Assembly: GCA_951406725.2 (NCBI GenBank)
Contig: OX597828.1
Span: forward strand, 5,084,001 to 5,148,000
From: Octopus vulgaris
Taxonomy: Eukaryota
Direction of reading: 5' to 3'
DNA: 64,000 bases
The position numbers and the translations under genes are program-made. Shown here in pieces: positions 33,388-47,008 of the stretch. Under the pieces are notes generated by a model. It was given only the letters and a program-made list of their open reading frames with translations. It searched no databases and was not told where the DNA came from. Within the stretch, counting starts at the first letter, position 1. The number at the start of each line of letters is the position of its first letter.

Positions 33388-33603
33388 GCGAGCTGGCAAA
33401 ATCGTTAGCATTCGGGGCGAAATGCTTAGCGGTATTTCGTCTGCAGTTACGTTCTGCGTTCAAATTCCACCGAGGTAGACGTTGCCTTTCATCCTTTCGG
33501 GGTCGATTAAATAAGTACGAATTACTCACTGGAGTCGCTGTGATCGACTTAATCCTTTTGTTTGTCTCCTCTATGTTTATCCCCCTGTGGTAATAAAGAA
33601 ATA
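33388..33603 (+). mobile_element. Nin-type SINE
   Basis: gcgagctggcaaaatcgttagc...gcctttcatcctttcggggtcgattaaataagtac. Confidence 0.88.
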
Positions 33604-34070
33604 AATATGTCTTGCTGTTTTCCCTGTAGTTAACATCAGCTTAGTAAAGGAATATCGAAATATATTGGGAAAAAATCAACAAAAACTTCCACAGCAATAT
33701 GTAAGGCCACTGTGTTAAGCTGAAGAAGCAGACGCGAATTTAGCATTTCAAAAGTTAGCCAAAAGGGACATAAATCGTAAAGCCAACTCTTCGTGGTAAG
33801 CTGCATTGAATATATATATATTGAATATATATATATATCACCGACAATTGAAAAGGTTGCAAGACGCAACGAAAGTTCTATTAAACGTAAATAAGTAAAT
33901 GAGTGGAAATTGAACCAGTGAGTATGTTAATTAAAAAGGCACTATAAGAGAATGACTCATCCCTGACACAACAAAATATGCTTCAACACACGAATTCACA
34001 TAAAGAATTTTGCAAACCAAATACAAAAACGAAATATATACATACACACACACAAAGACACACACACACA

Positions 34071-34115
<45 letters not shown>

Positions 34116-37100
34116 GTATATATATAGTGAATTTAGTATAGTAACTGGCAGAATGAATATGTATAAAGCAGATGGATGTGGAATTGCAGTTTAGAGCGAA
34201 AAGACTAAAATAGCTAACACAGAAGTGGACAGATTTCAGAGGAGATTTTAGGAATATTTAGCTGTATGTGTGTTGAGAAGCGTTTGAGTACAAGGACGTG
34301 TATAAGCATGATGTGTAAGCGGGCACGTGTGTTAGTCATTGTTGATAATGAACAAATTATAAATGTGAGTGAGAGTTTGAAAGATTAGTATTATTATAGT
34401 ATGCAGCTCTGAGTATTGGAAGGTAGCAGAAGTGCACATGAAATATTTGTTGATATAAGATTATATTAAATTGTTCTTCACATCTAGTAACTTCCGTACT
34501 CTCAATATCTTTGGTTTCTTTTTTTTCCTTGCAACATATATTTTCTATTATTTCTCATGTTTAGGTAACTACGGAAGACCACTATCAGAAGCACTGAATT
34601 ATCTTCTCTGTTTTCTCACGGCAACATGTCTACCTTTTCTGCTCTTACCCATTCATTTTGGCGTTTGAAACAAGAAAAATGTAGATAGTATTCAAGCGAG
34701 TCCTGGGATTCGAACCTTTCTTTTCCAAAATTATCAGTTCACTATTATGGGTGAACCACAATTGAAACATGCAATCTTCAAATGAACATTTTCTTTATTG
34801 ACTAAACGGGGATAGGTGACCACACTGCGAGGAACAAAAATTAAATTCCTTCAGATCCGTGCCCGTTTGTCAAGTTAAGGAATTTAGCACTAAGATCTTA
34901 ACAGAGTTTTCAGGGCATCTGAAGAGAGTATACATCAGCGCATGTCAAGCAAATCAAGAAATAAGGGTCACCAAGATTCGGTGGTTTCTCATCGACAATA
35001 ACTGAGTAAGAACAGTTCAAATTCTGTTATTTCATTTCTTGCCACAAGGAAGCCAGGTATGTGAGTGAATCCGGAATAAAATTACATCTGAGTTTTAATT
35101 CAAGATCAAATTGTTTCAATTAACTTTTGATGCTCCCTTTATTGAATACTGACACTAGCTTAATAGATGTTGGTTTGCTCGACCAGAGCTGGCCTGGGTT
35201 TATTCAAAAAGAGCCGCAGCAGCAGCAGCAGTAGCAGCATCAACAACGAAAGAAATAACAACTATTGATGTCGTCAGTAATCAGAAGACCGTTTGATGTA
35301 ACTAAGGATATTTTATGATTTTAATGACTTTACTCGAAGGCGTTTAAGTTGTAAATGTTACTGAAAAAAAACTGCGAACAGACGTACTACTTCGGCAAGG
35401 AAAGGCGCCATTGTCAATATTGAAGGCAGTTGACAAGATAACTTAATCTGTTAAAATGGCACTTTATACTTCCGTTGAATAAGACATTGAGAATTATTTC
35501 TGAAGGAACATAATTTACTGAGACGAACAGTAATAGAAGATTCATAATTACATTAAGTAGTTGAGCGAAAATAGTAAGGATTTTACCATGTAAATTGTGT
35601 AAACTGGTGTAAAATAGTGACCCTTTTCTTTATGTCTTTGTGTTCGTGTTAGTCCAGTGCACCCTATTTTTATATATCTGCATACCTCACTGGAGTGACC
35701 AGTGAATTGTTCACAGAGAAATACCGACCATTCACCAAACCAATAACTTTGTTCTCTCTATATAATTATCTGTTGCTCTAATAAAAGGAGAGAAAAAAAT
35801 TAATCTAAAATAACCGGAACATTTGCTAAATCGAGAGGAAATTAATGACTATTTATAGCAAGCATGGTAGATTATTGATGATGATGATGACGACGACGAC
35901 GATAACGACCACAATCATGATGATGATGACAACGACGGCGACGACGACGACGACGACAATAATGATGATGATGAACGACATCATTATAGACATCATCACA
36001 GATATCCACATCATAGAGTTAATATCATCATTATCATCATGTGTCACACTATACAATTATTTTATTGCAATTCTGTTGTTGCTGCTGTTGATGATTTATT
36101 ACGATGATGACAACGACGAAGTCAACGACAAAGGTGACGATGATGTGAATGACGATGATGACGACGATGATGATGACGTTGATGATGATGATAATCATGA
36201 TCACGATGACGATGTTAATGGCTAGATTTCATATGGTTCATTGATTGAAGGATAAAATAAAGGGAAAATAAGAAATTAGATGTCGGTGAGGATAAACAAG
36301 CGAGATGAGAACATCAGAGAAAACTTATTAAATATAAAATAAATAAACAAATAACAAAAAAAACAGTAGTAACGGGTGAATAAATAAATTAATAGAAATA
36401 ATAAATGTGATATGAACATCATAAATTAATTAGAAATGAATATGAAAATAAAGTTAACACAAATAATAAAATACAATTTTAAACAAAAACTAACCAAAAG
36501 AAAGGAAACCAGACACCCCGCCCTGCTCTTCTGACCGCTGAAAGTAATTATATTTCATTTTAAGTAGCATTTCGATGAGTAATGTAAAAATGATACAATT
36601 GATTGAAGAGACGAATTTAAAGAATGCCAGACAATATGACTTCCCAGCTGTAACCGCAATATCGGCGATTCTATTATTATTTTAACAAAGGGCGCCAAAA
36701 TTTCTTTTCTGCTGGGTTCTTCCCCAACCTATATTCCAACGTAGATAGGCTGGATGTAATGATTGCGTAGTAAAGATGTAAAAGTTGGTTCACTGTTGCT
36801 CATTTTATGCTGTGTATTACAGACCAGTAAGAACCAGCAAGGTCGACGTAAAGGTTTTGTATTTCAGGCATAGGCATGATAAAAAAAACCATGTTCTGAT
36901 GTCGATCCAGAATTGGCTTTTGACAAAGACAAACGTCATCGTTATTAATTCGATATATTCAGCATCACCGATTTTATTGTCGACGTAATCGTTTTCTTAA
37001 TAGTCGTCATTAACATTTTTTTTTCATCACAATTATCATGATGAAGATGATGATGATGGTAATGATGAACTTCATCCTCCTACTTCTCCATATCCTCTTC

Positions 37101-37274
37101 CTGCTCATGAACATCGTGATCATTCACAGTCAACGTTATCGTCGTCATCGATATCGTTATCTTCATCATCGTCGTTGTGGTGTTAATATTAGTAATAATA
37201 AAAACAATAATAATGACGATGACGTTGATGATGATAACAACAACAACAACAACCACAACAACAAAAACAACAAC

Positions 37275-37323
<49 letters not shown>

Positions 37324-37328
<5 letters not shown>

Positions 37329-38626
37329 CAATGAAGATTCCTACAATTGGCCTAGACAATAACAATGAAGATTGCTACAATTGGCCTAGACAATAACAAT
37401 GAAGATTGCTACAATTGGCCTAGACACCTACCTGAAAAACTCTGAGGACTGGATGTTAAAACTTGTCTCAAAACATGAAAACAAGAAAGCATCATACTCA
37501 GTCACAAAACAGGCAATGGAATATCTAAGTGAATTCCGAATACAACCAATTTCGGAATTAGAGATAGATATACAAGAAACAAGCACAGAAAAAGCTAGGC
37601 GCATGAAAACCCGTGCCAAAACTGCGGCCTTAGATATTCTGAATAATAAATGGCAAGAAAAACCTCTCTATGGCAAATACCCAAAGAGAGCGAATAATGC
37701 AGATATCGACAAAGCCCTGACCCATCAATGGCTAATGGCCTCTGGCTTAAAATCTGAAACAGAGGGGTTTATCATAGAAGCTCAAGATCAATGCCTACCA
37801 ACAAGAAACTACCAGGCCAACATATTAAAGATCAGAAGCAGTCCAACGTGTCGTGTATGCAAGCAACAAAATGAAACCATTGACCATGTGGTCTCCAAGT
37901 GCAGTCTTCTAGCGCCTACAGAGTATCTCAACAGGCACGATAGAGCTGCACAATATATTCACTGGGTAATCTGTAAAAACCTGGATTTGCCCCATGAAAA
38001 AAACTGGTGGGAACACAAACCACCCCCAGTGCTTGAAAATGACCACATCTCACTCCTCTGGAACTTCACCATTCAAACTGACAGGAAGATAGATGCAAAT
38101 AGGCCAGACATCATATTGACAGACTTCAAACAAAGAACATGCCTCCTCATTGATATGACTGTCCCAATCGATATAAACGTATCTGTCAAGACCTACCAAA
38201 AACTGAGCAAATATAAAGATCTTGAAATAGAAATCAGCAAAATGTGGAAGCTGAAGACTAAAACAATACCTGTTGTCATAGGTGCCCTGGGAATGATAGC
38301 AAAAGGGGCTGATAGCTACCTAACTCAGATACCAGGAAACCCAAAAATGGCAGAAGTTCAAAAGATAGTGCTCATGGGAACTGCTCATATCCTACGCAAA
38401 ATACTCTCTATGTAATCTCAAGGTTTAAAACAAACATAATTTTCGGTTTAAAAAAAAAAAAAAAACCTTTTTTTTTAGACATTCATTAGTACAACATCCC
38501 CACCCCCTAAATATATGGCACACTAGGCATAACAACAACATGAACTTCCAACCCTGTTGTCTCTTGAGGTCTCTGGGTGAGACTTGGAGCCAACTTGTAC
38601 AAATATAAAGCAAAAGTCAAACATAG
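37324..38626 (+). mobile_element. 5'-truncated R4/Dong-like non-LTR retrotransposon inserted in (TAA)n
   Basis: Carries ORF 37399-38415; ~210-bp 3' UTR ending in (TAA)n; long (TAA)n immediately upstream. Confidence 0.88.
37399..38415 (+). CDS. C-terminal part of R4/Dong-like retrotransposon protein (post-RT region, CCHC knuckle, restriction-like endonuclease)
   Basis: Uninterrupted 338-aa frame with ETEGFIIEAQDQ, CRVC..ETIDHVVSKC, RHD, RPDII, LIDMTVP, KLSKYKDL, IPVVIGALG; no RT domain, so probably not a functional gene. Confidence 0.85.
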   Translation: MKIATIGLDTYLKNSEDWMLKLVSKHENKKASYSVTKQAMEYLSEFRIQPISELEIDIQETSTEKARRMKTRAKTAALDILNNKWQEKPLYGKYPKRANNADIDKALTHQWLMASGLKSETEGFIIEAQDQCLPTRNYQANILKIRSSPTCRVCKQQNETIDHVVSKCSLLAPTEYLNRHDRAAQYIHWVICKNLDLPHEKNWWEHKPPPVLENDHISLLWNFTIQTDRKIDANRPDIILTDFKQRTCLLIDMTVPIDINVSVKTYQKLSKYKDLEIEISKMWKLKTKTIPVVIGALGMIAKGADSYLTQIPGNPKMAEVQKIVLMGTAHILRKILSM

Positions 38627-38640
38627 AATAATAATAATAA

Positions 38641-39129
38641 CATTGTTTTGTTTTGGTATAAAAGACGGGCTATAGCAAATATTCTGCTCAATACCACAGA
38701 TTTGCCTGTCAGTTGTTTGATCTTAACCAGTTGACCATGTCTCTTAGTAGCTGATGATATGTGCATCTCTGATCACGAGCCGAAGTAGTGGGGGAGCATC
38801 ATAGCCGTGTGTTAAGAGTAATTCCGAGAGGTTTGGATAATTCACCTCTGGAAACATGGGTGTTTCGTTTGACATCCTTAAACACCACTTATTCCGGGAC
38901 CTTTTGAGCGGGATGTGTAACTCGAACAGAAGAAAACTCTAGCTGCCCCCCCCCACACCTGCAAGGTCATGCGCTGTCTATCTTGATATGAGATCACCAT
39001 GTTGCGCACATATGGTTGTGATGCATGTGCCTGGTGTACCCTTATCAGACGGGTAGTCATGATGGGTATAATAGGCTTCGTATATTTTACCCCAGTGTCA
39101 CTTTGATGGCATGCACTGCTCTCTTACTC

Positions 39130-39130
<1 letters not shown>
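38641..39130 (+). mobile_element. ~490-bp non-coding retroelement (LINE 3' UTR or non-autonomous partner) between (TAA)n tracts
   Basis: Second diverged copy at 40560-40975; ends gcactgctctcttactc followed by (AAT)n. Confidence 0.65.
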
Positions 39131-39209
<79 letters not shown>

Positions 39210-39231
39210 TAATAATGATAATAATAATAAT

Positions 39232-39510
39232 CAGTACCTCACTGGGGTCGATGTAATAGACATAATCCTTTCTCCCAAATTTCAGGCCTTGTGCTTCCAG
39301 TAGAAAAAAATTATTATTATTTTTTCCTTCTTTCTTCAAAATTTCTTTCATTTCTCGACCTAGGTGTACAGAAAAACTCGGCAAGAAATGGAAGAATATT
39401 TGAAGAAAGAACGAAAAAAAATAATAATATTTTTTTCTACTGGAAGCACAAGGCCTGAAATTTTGGGGAAGAGATGAAGTCGATTACATCGACTCCAGTG
39501 GGGCACTGGT
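39232..39510. repeat. Inverted repeat made from a SINE tail plus flank (arms ~39232-39357 / 39381-39510)
   Basis: aaatttcaggccttgtgcttccagtagaaaaaaa vs tttttttctactggaagcacaaggcctgaaatt. Confidence 0.85.
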
Positions 39511-39645
39511 ACTTATCTAATCGACCCCTCTCGCCAGCGAAAAGATAAAAGGCAAAGTTTTCCTCGGCCTTATTCGAACTCAGAACGTAGCAGCAGATGA
39601 AATACCGCTAACCATTTTGCCCGGCCTGCTAACGATTCTGTCAGC
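39435..39645 (-). mobile_element. Nin-type SINE
   Basis: Plus-strand gctaacgattctg, gaactcagaacgta, aaaggcaaagt, ctggtactta, gtcgattacatcgac are the reverse complement of the SINE. Confidence 0.8.
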
Positions 39646-39647
39646 AA

Positions 39648-40489
<842 letters not shown>

Positions 40490-40559
40490 AAGAAGAAGAA
40501 GAAGAAGAAGAAGAAGAAGAAAAAGGACCAGCAATGATATTTTGATGCTTTCCTGTTAA

Positions 40560-40975
40560 CACAATGCCTTGTCCGTAATCAGTTGAGCATATTCTTTTGT
40601 GGCTGACGATATCTGCATCTCCGATCACGAGCAGAAGTAGTGATGGAGCATCATAGCCATGTGTTGAGACGAATTGTGTGGGGTTGGAATAATTCACCTC
40701 TGGAAACATGGGTGCGTCATTCAACATCCTTAAACAAACGTTATTCGGGGACCATTCGAGTAGAATGGATTAATCGACCCGAATAATATTCTAACTTGGC
40801 CCACCTGCAAAATAATGCGCTGTTTATCTCGATATCAGATTGAAAATTTCTGCAAATATGGTTGTGATGCATGTGTCTGGCGTACTCTTATCAAACAGGT
40901 AGACATGGTATATTGGGCTTCGTATATTTCTATCCAAGTGTCAATTTGAAGCTATGCACTACTCTCTCACTCAGT
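40560..40975 (+). mobile_element. Diverged copy of the 38641-39130 element
   Basis: Shared gctga.gatat.tgcatctc.gatcacgagc.gaagtagtg, ataattcacctctggaaacatgggtg, tatggttgtgatgcatgtg. Confidence 0.75.
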
Positions 40976-41094
40976 AAAACTAGTTGATATAGGAGAAATA
41001 ATTATCAGCATCATTATCTGACGTAGTCTTTATTACGGCCACCAATACTAACAATAACTGCATCAACAGAACACTAACACTAATGTTATAATTA

Positions 41095-41176
41095 TCCTGA
41101 TCATCATCATAGTCATCCTCATCATCATCATTCTTAAGAACATCATCATCACTATGGACATTCTTATTATCATCAT

Positions 41177-41215
<39 letters not shown>

Positions 41216-41275
41216 TATCATCATCATAATCATCATCATCATCATCATCATCACCATCATCTGCATCATTATCAC

Positions 41276-41316
<41 letters not shown>

Positions 41317-41528
41317 ACATCATCATCATCATTATCATCGTTGTTGTCTTCGTCGTCGTCGTCGTCATCATCATCATCCTCATCATTGCCATTATCATTA
41401 TCACTATCATTTTTCTTGTCATCATCATCATCATCATCATCACCACCATCATCATCATCGGCGTCATCATCGTCATCATCATCATCATCATCGTCATCAT
41501 TGCCATCATCAGCATCTTCATCATTATG
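41095..41528. repeat. (CAT)n trinucleotide repeat
   Basis: Direct reading; source of the poly-D/poly-M/poly-I ORFs. Confidence 0.9.
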
Positions 41529-41995
41529 AAAAATCACCATCAAATTAGCACAGACATGATGTGGAATCTCAAAAATTACAGAGCGTTAAAAATAAAATAA
41601 AAGAAATAACGAGAAATGGAAAACTAGATATCGTATAAAAAGAAAGAGAAAAAAAAAGACAGTATCGATTCAATCATTGAGGAACCAGCATGATATTTTG
41701 ATGTTTCCCTGCTAAGGAAACAGAATGCTTTCATCGAGAATACATTAAGTCTACTCAACGTATGCTAATGTAAATCCATAGAATGGAATAAACAATAACA
41801 AACTAAGATGTTATGAAGTATTATTGCTAAAGAAAAAGTCTCGTCACCAAGCCTGAGGGCTGTAAATTAAACAAGTTGAATGCATAAATCAGGATATTCC
41901 TGAATAATTAAGTAGTGTTGACTGACGTGAGACAGACTTTCTCACTCGCCCTCTTGCTCTGTCTTTTGTTGTATATGTACATGCGTGCGTGTGTG

Positions 41996-42032
<37 letters not shown>

Positions 42033-42064
42033 ATACATACATACATACATGCATACATACATAC

Positions 42065-42095
<31 letters not shown>

Positions 42096-42145
42096 CATAT
42101 ATAGATATATATAGATACATATATAGATAAACACAAATACATACA

Positions 42146-42199
<54 letters not shown>

Positions 42200-43084
42200 A
42201 GTGTATCTAGCTGTGTTTATATATATATCTATATATATGCGTGTGTAGGTAGACAGATATATATATATATCCTCACACACACACACAGAAATACATATAT
42301 ATATGTGCATAGATATATTTATATGTGCATACACCACACATACATAGTACTTACATGTATATATATATATATATGTGTGTAAGTGTGTGCGTGTGTGAGA
42401 TTGTGTATGAATGTATATTTAGATATGCATTTCTATATGTACAAGTATCTGTGTTTTTGCGTACCTTACCTTTTGCTAGAAAAGCAAACTTTCTAAATTC
42501 AACATCAACGTTTCTAAAATTTCACCCTCTCTTCTATTCAAGGAAATCCTGTTAACGTGCGTAGGAGCTTCTTCAAAGTTGACACTATTCTTTCAAGATG
42601 TTTTTCTATATGTTGCTTGTATTACCATGCTACTTAGAGGAACGCTTAAATTTTTCCTCAAAAACAAAGTATTTGATGAAAAATTCCTTTAATAAAACGA
42701 AAGAAAAATCAGCAATGGTTATTCTAACAAAACAAACTAATACCCCAAAAACGACACTTGCAGAGTGTCAACGCAATAAATTAACGAAATATATTAAAAA
42801 CATATATATCGCTTATATAATTCTTTGCAAGAATCAAATGCATGTGTCTATAAAATATATAGCAAAAACCTCATGAAGCGACACGAAATGCATAATCAAG
42901 CTTAAATATGTATGATTTAATAAAAAGCGGAAGCATATAAATATGCAAAAGCCAATTTGATTTATAAATCTGATTGCAAATATAAAAGCTGTAATTTCTA
43001 CGATACCGACTACAATTGCAAAACATTGCACGACACAACACAAAAGAGAAAACTAGATAATAAAATATTAATGACCGATGTATG

Positions 43085-43142
<58 letters not shown>

Positions 43143-43144
<2 letters not shown>

Positions 43145-43290
43145 CAGGCATGGCTGTGTGACAAGAAGCTTGCTTCTCAACCACATAGTCCCTGATTAAG
43201 TCCTACTGCATGACACCTTCAGTAAATGTCTTCTACTAAAGCCTCGTGAGTGGATTTTGTACATGGAAACATAAAGTAGTCCGTCGTATA
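43143..43290 (+). mobile_element. CORE-like SINE, 5' half
   Basis: gcaggcatggctgtgtgacaagaagcttgc...gtgagtggattttgtacatggaaac. Confidence 0.75.
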
Positions 43291-43356
43291 CATTTTCTTT
43301 TTCTGTAGTTTCAGCTCAGAGCTGCGGCCATGTATATATATATATATATATATATA

Positions 43357-43387
<31 letters not shown>

Positions 43388-43617
43388 CAGCGTGATCATC
43401 GTGACCGACCAGGCTATCAAATGTTGCTACATATCGCTGGTCTCTTGCAAAGCATTGTTTTATCCTTCAAATGACGCCACCACGCCCTGCCAGAGCCTCG
43501 TGGAGCTTTAGGTGTTTTCACTCAATAAACACTCACAACACCCGGCCTAGGAATCGAAATCGCGATCCTACAACCGCGAGTCCGCTGCCCTAATCACTGG
43601 GCCATCGCGCCTCCACG
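43388..43617 (-). mobile_element. Third tRNA-derived SINE family
   Basis: Minus-strand ggaggcgcgatggcccagtgattagggcagcggactcgcgg...gatttcgattcc (A-box and B-box like). Confidence 0.75.
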
Positions 43618-43638
43618 TATATATATATATATATATAC

Positions 43639-43669
<31 letters not shown>

Positions 43670-43759
43670 CATACATACATACATACATACATACATAGAT
43701 GTATACATACATACATACATACATACATACATACATACATACATACATACATACATACA

Positions 43760-44440
43760 CTAGCAATGACTCCCAGCGTTGCGCGGGTGTTATGACCTAA
43801 ACTCACATTGTATTATTTGCTTCTTTCATATGGGCAGAATCGGCACACGAGGAGTGTGAAGCCGACGATGCTTCTGGGTAAGCTATGTTTTCCATAAGTC
43901 CAGTGTTGGTAGAATAAATATACAAGTCATCTGCACTGCTAACTCGAGAGCATGCGGCGTATTGTTGTCCATGAGAAAAGCAGGGCATTTGTAAATTGAG
44001 ACCCACAATTTTTAAAATTTGACCCTGAACTTTGTTGATTGTCATAGCGAAGCACACTCGCACTGCGAACTAAAAGCGCTTGAATTGAAATGGCACATTT
44101 AACGGAATAAGGGCCATGCGTGGAATGTATGCGATCTCCTCTCGATGCAGCCAGTAATAATGTTTGTCTTTGTAGTTACAGTCAATCTTGTACCATTGCA
44201 TAGTCGAGGTGGATCCAAATTCCTCAAGAGCATGTGAGGTGCACCTCTCTTTCTGAACGACTTATGAGGTGGCAGTCTTGTGGGTTGTAGAGAGTTGAGA
44301 CGTTCAAGTGGATACACATCAGTGGCACGTTCGTCGATGGTAGTATCAATGGAGACAAAATTTTTCTGAATGAAATACTGAATTCCTCTTCCTCCACCTC
44401 AGGCACCCATCAGCACCCATCAGCTACCCGTTTTCCGACG
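43760..44440 (-). mobile_element. Helitron 3' end with PIF1-like helicase remnant (may extend to ~45360)
   Basis: LNSLQPTRLPPHK, MLLRNLDPPRLCNGTRL, FAMTINKVQGQ, CFSHGQQYAACSRV; hairpin cccgcgcaacgctggg, then terminal CTAG followed by T. Confidence 0.92.
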
Positions 44441-45399
44441 AAATGCAAAATCTCCTGTATGGAAAGCATAGTAATGTGAGGAAATTGAGGAAAGAAATAA
44501 GGGCGAGAGGGTGGTAGTCACGCAAATGTGATATCGGACATGCTAGAAACAACATATAAAGGACAGGATTTCTGAGATAAATTCCTTGTAAGCTTAAATG
44601 GAAGATCAGGTTTTGAAATACGCTCGTCACAAATGATAGAATAGAAAAAGGTAATTTCCAAAGGATTTGAGCTGTAATTTAGCGCACAGCAAAACATAAC
44701 ATAATTCATACAGAACTTTAACTGAGTGTGTGGGCCAAAGGAAGTTATTTTTGTATACTTTTTTTTAATTCCACAAGAAGGAAATGTAGTGAAGATGTAA
44801 TATTGTGTCAACATATGGTCTCCGTAGATTATTATGAGAAATTAAAAGAGGGAGATAATGCCTAATTCTATGCATGAGTGAAACAGGGAGTGAAAATGAG
44901 CTCAGTGCCTGTCTCCTTCCCCCAATTCTCCCTCTCTTCCCGCTGGCTTTCTTTCACCTTCAGCTTTAGAACATACACAGGGTGTGAAACGACATTTCTC
45001 TCTCACCTGCTATCCCTGTCATTCATCTTCTCTTATAGAAACTTGTTTTCTCTCTGTTTCTTTCTCTTGTCTTTTTCTCATTCTGTGTTTCGCTGGATCA
45101 TTCCGTAAAAATTTATTTGTTTATACTTTGACAAGAGCAGAAATTGACAGAAAAGAGAAAGCGAAAATGGGGGAGAGAGAGAGAAAGTGAAGGAGATGAG
45201 AAAGTGAAATATTATGTACGTGTACATGGAATGGACGTATGTATGTGTGTATTTGTGTGCGCGAGATAGAGAGAGAAAGAGAACGAGATAGAGAGATAGA
45301 GTGAGTAAGCGAAGGTGTGTGTCGTGATGCTGGATATCTTTTAAGGTACGCACTCATATAGAAAATGATATGTGTGTGTGAGTGTGTGTATATGTATAT

Positions 45400-45610
45400 G
45401 TCTGAGTGTACCATTGTGAACTTGCCATCATTGACAACCGGTCTGTTTACGTCACCGTAACTTAACAGTTCAGCAAAACACACCGGTGGAATACGCACTA
45501 GGACTAAAAAGAGATGAATACAGGGGTCGGTTTGTTCGACTAAAATCTTTGAAGGCGGTGCTCCAGCATGGCTGCAGTCAAATGACTGAAACAAGTAAAA
45601 GAATAAAAGT
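45400..45610 (+). mobile_element. CORE-like SINE 3' part
   Basis: tgtttacgtcaccgtaactta...ggcggtgctccagcatggctgcagtcaaatgactgaaacaagtaaaagaataa. Confidence 0.85.
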
Positions 45611-46139
45611 ACAGAAGAATTAAATTCTTCATAGAAATTAGAAATTAGTGCAAGTGGAAGTACTCATGTGCCAGCACAATGCTAAATTAAAACACAGACA
45701 CAGAACAAAAGTCACAAAAATATATTTAAATAACTAATGATAAATTCTAATTACTTCCTAAGTCTGAAGGAAGGGCAGAGCCCATGGGCTAGGCAGGAGC
45801 AGAGAGACGGAAGAGATGGAAGCCGCTGCAATTCCGCTAAAACTACAAGTAAAACATGATCTGAGAGGCAACTACACAGAGATAACTATCTGGTTCAGTT
45901 CTATCTTTTTTCTTATCTTTTGTTCAGGTGCTGGGATTGGAAACAATATGGGAAATAGGAGGAGATGAAACAAGGAAGCCGGCACGTGACCGGTAGCTCC
46001 GAGGATCAGAAGGTAATTTAACTGCGGTGGAAACAGCACCTGTTGTCTAGAGGTTGTAGAATACTTTTGGACTACTTTCTGCCATTGTGAACTTGCCATG
46101 GCTACAGTCTAGAATAGACTGCCTGTGCGGGCGGGCGTT

Positions 46140-46201
<62 letters not shown>

Positions 46202-46674
46202 CGTGCGTGTGTGTGTGTGTGCGTGTGTGTGTGCGTGCGTGTGCGTGTGTGTTTACATGTGTGATTGTGTGCTGAGTAGCCATACCGTGTCAGGCATGAA
46301 TGAGATTAGTGCTCCATTGAATAAAACCTCTTGCGTTGCAAGTGAGCAATGATTATTATGAGCCAGATTCGGACAGTAAGTTCTAGAAGAATCATAAGCA
46401 GAAAAGCACGTTCATGAGATCTTTAGGAATTTTGCGCTTTGACGCCAATGAGTAGTAACTAACGCTCGTATATGAAAATTATTATTCTTATAAACATGAT
46501 ACTAGGACACAGTTGCGCTTTCAACACACTAGATGTTTCTTTAAATGCCTGTCTGACCGTATATATCTACGTCCATGCCTATACGTGTATATAGATAGAC
46601 ACACATACATACACAGACACACACATAAATATATATATAATTATGTGTGTGTCTGTAGTTATATATACGTATAA

Positions 46675-46937
46675 AATTAATAATCAGATACAAATTTATA
46701 TAATCATATTAATTGAGCAAGGGAGGAAAGAACGACCTATCTCCAACATGCTTGAATGCTGAGGCCTTCAGAATGTTGATGTTCTTTCACTCGCCCGCCT
46801 ACAATCCGTGTATAGTTTTGGAGATTTTCGGTAATATCTGAAGGCCTCGGTATTCAAACATGTTGGAGATATGTCGTTCTTTTGGCGCTGGCTCCCTTAA
46901 TATAATTGTATGCCTATATTTATATAATTATTAATTT
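46675..46937. repeat. Fold-back element (core arms 46727-46772 / 46837-46882)
   Basis: aaagaacgac.tatctccaacatg.ttgaat.c.gaggccttcaga and its reverse complement. Confidence 0.8.
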
Positions 46938-47008
46938 ACTGTATAAATTTCCTATAAATTCTTATCCTTATATTCTAGCATGCATTAATATATATATATA
47001 TATATAAA

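Noticed and set aside
34695-34720. Reverse B-box (gggattcgaacct) as a tRNA gene
   Set aside because: No cloverleaf or A-box support; SINE heads elsewhere are likewise tRNA-derived, not tRNA genes
37324-37425. 34-bp repeats as a CRISPR array
   Set aside because: Head-to-tail with no spacers, inside a eukaryotic retrotransposon junction
38750-38790. CTGATGA...GAAG in the 490-bp element as a ribozyme core
   Set aside because: No GAAA and no closable helices in either copy
40980-41600. Poly-Asp/poly-Met ORF resembling an acidic biomineralisation protein
   Set aside because: (GAT)n repeat open in several frames on both strands; no signal peptide or unique flanking domain
40527-41715. ~30-bp imperfect direct repeat (accagca.tgatattttgatg) as a target-site duplication
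   Set aside because: The second copy lies ~700 bp beyond the element end and has several mismatches
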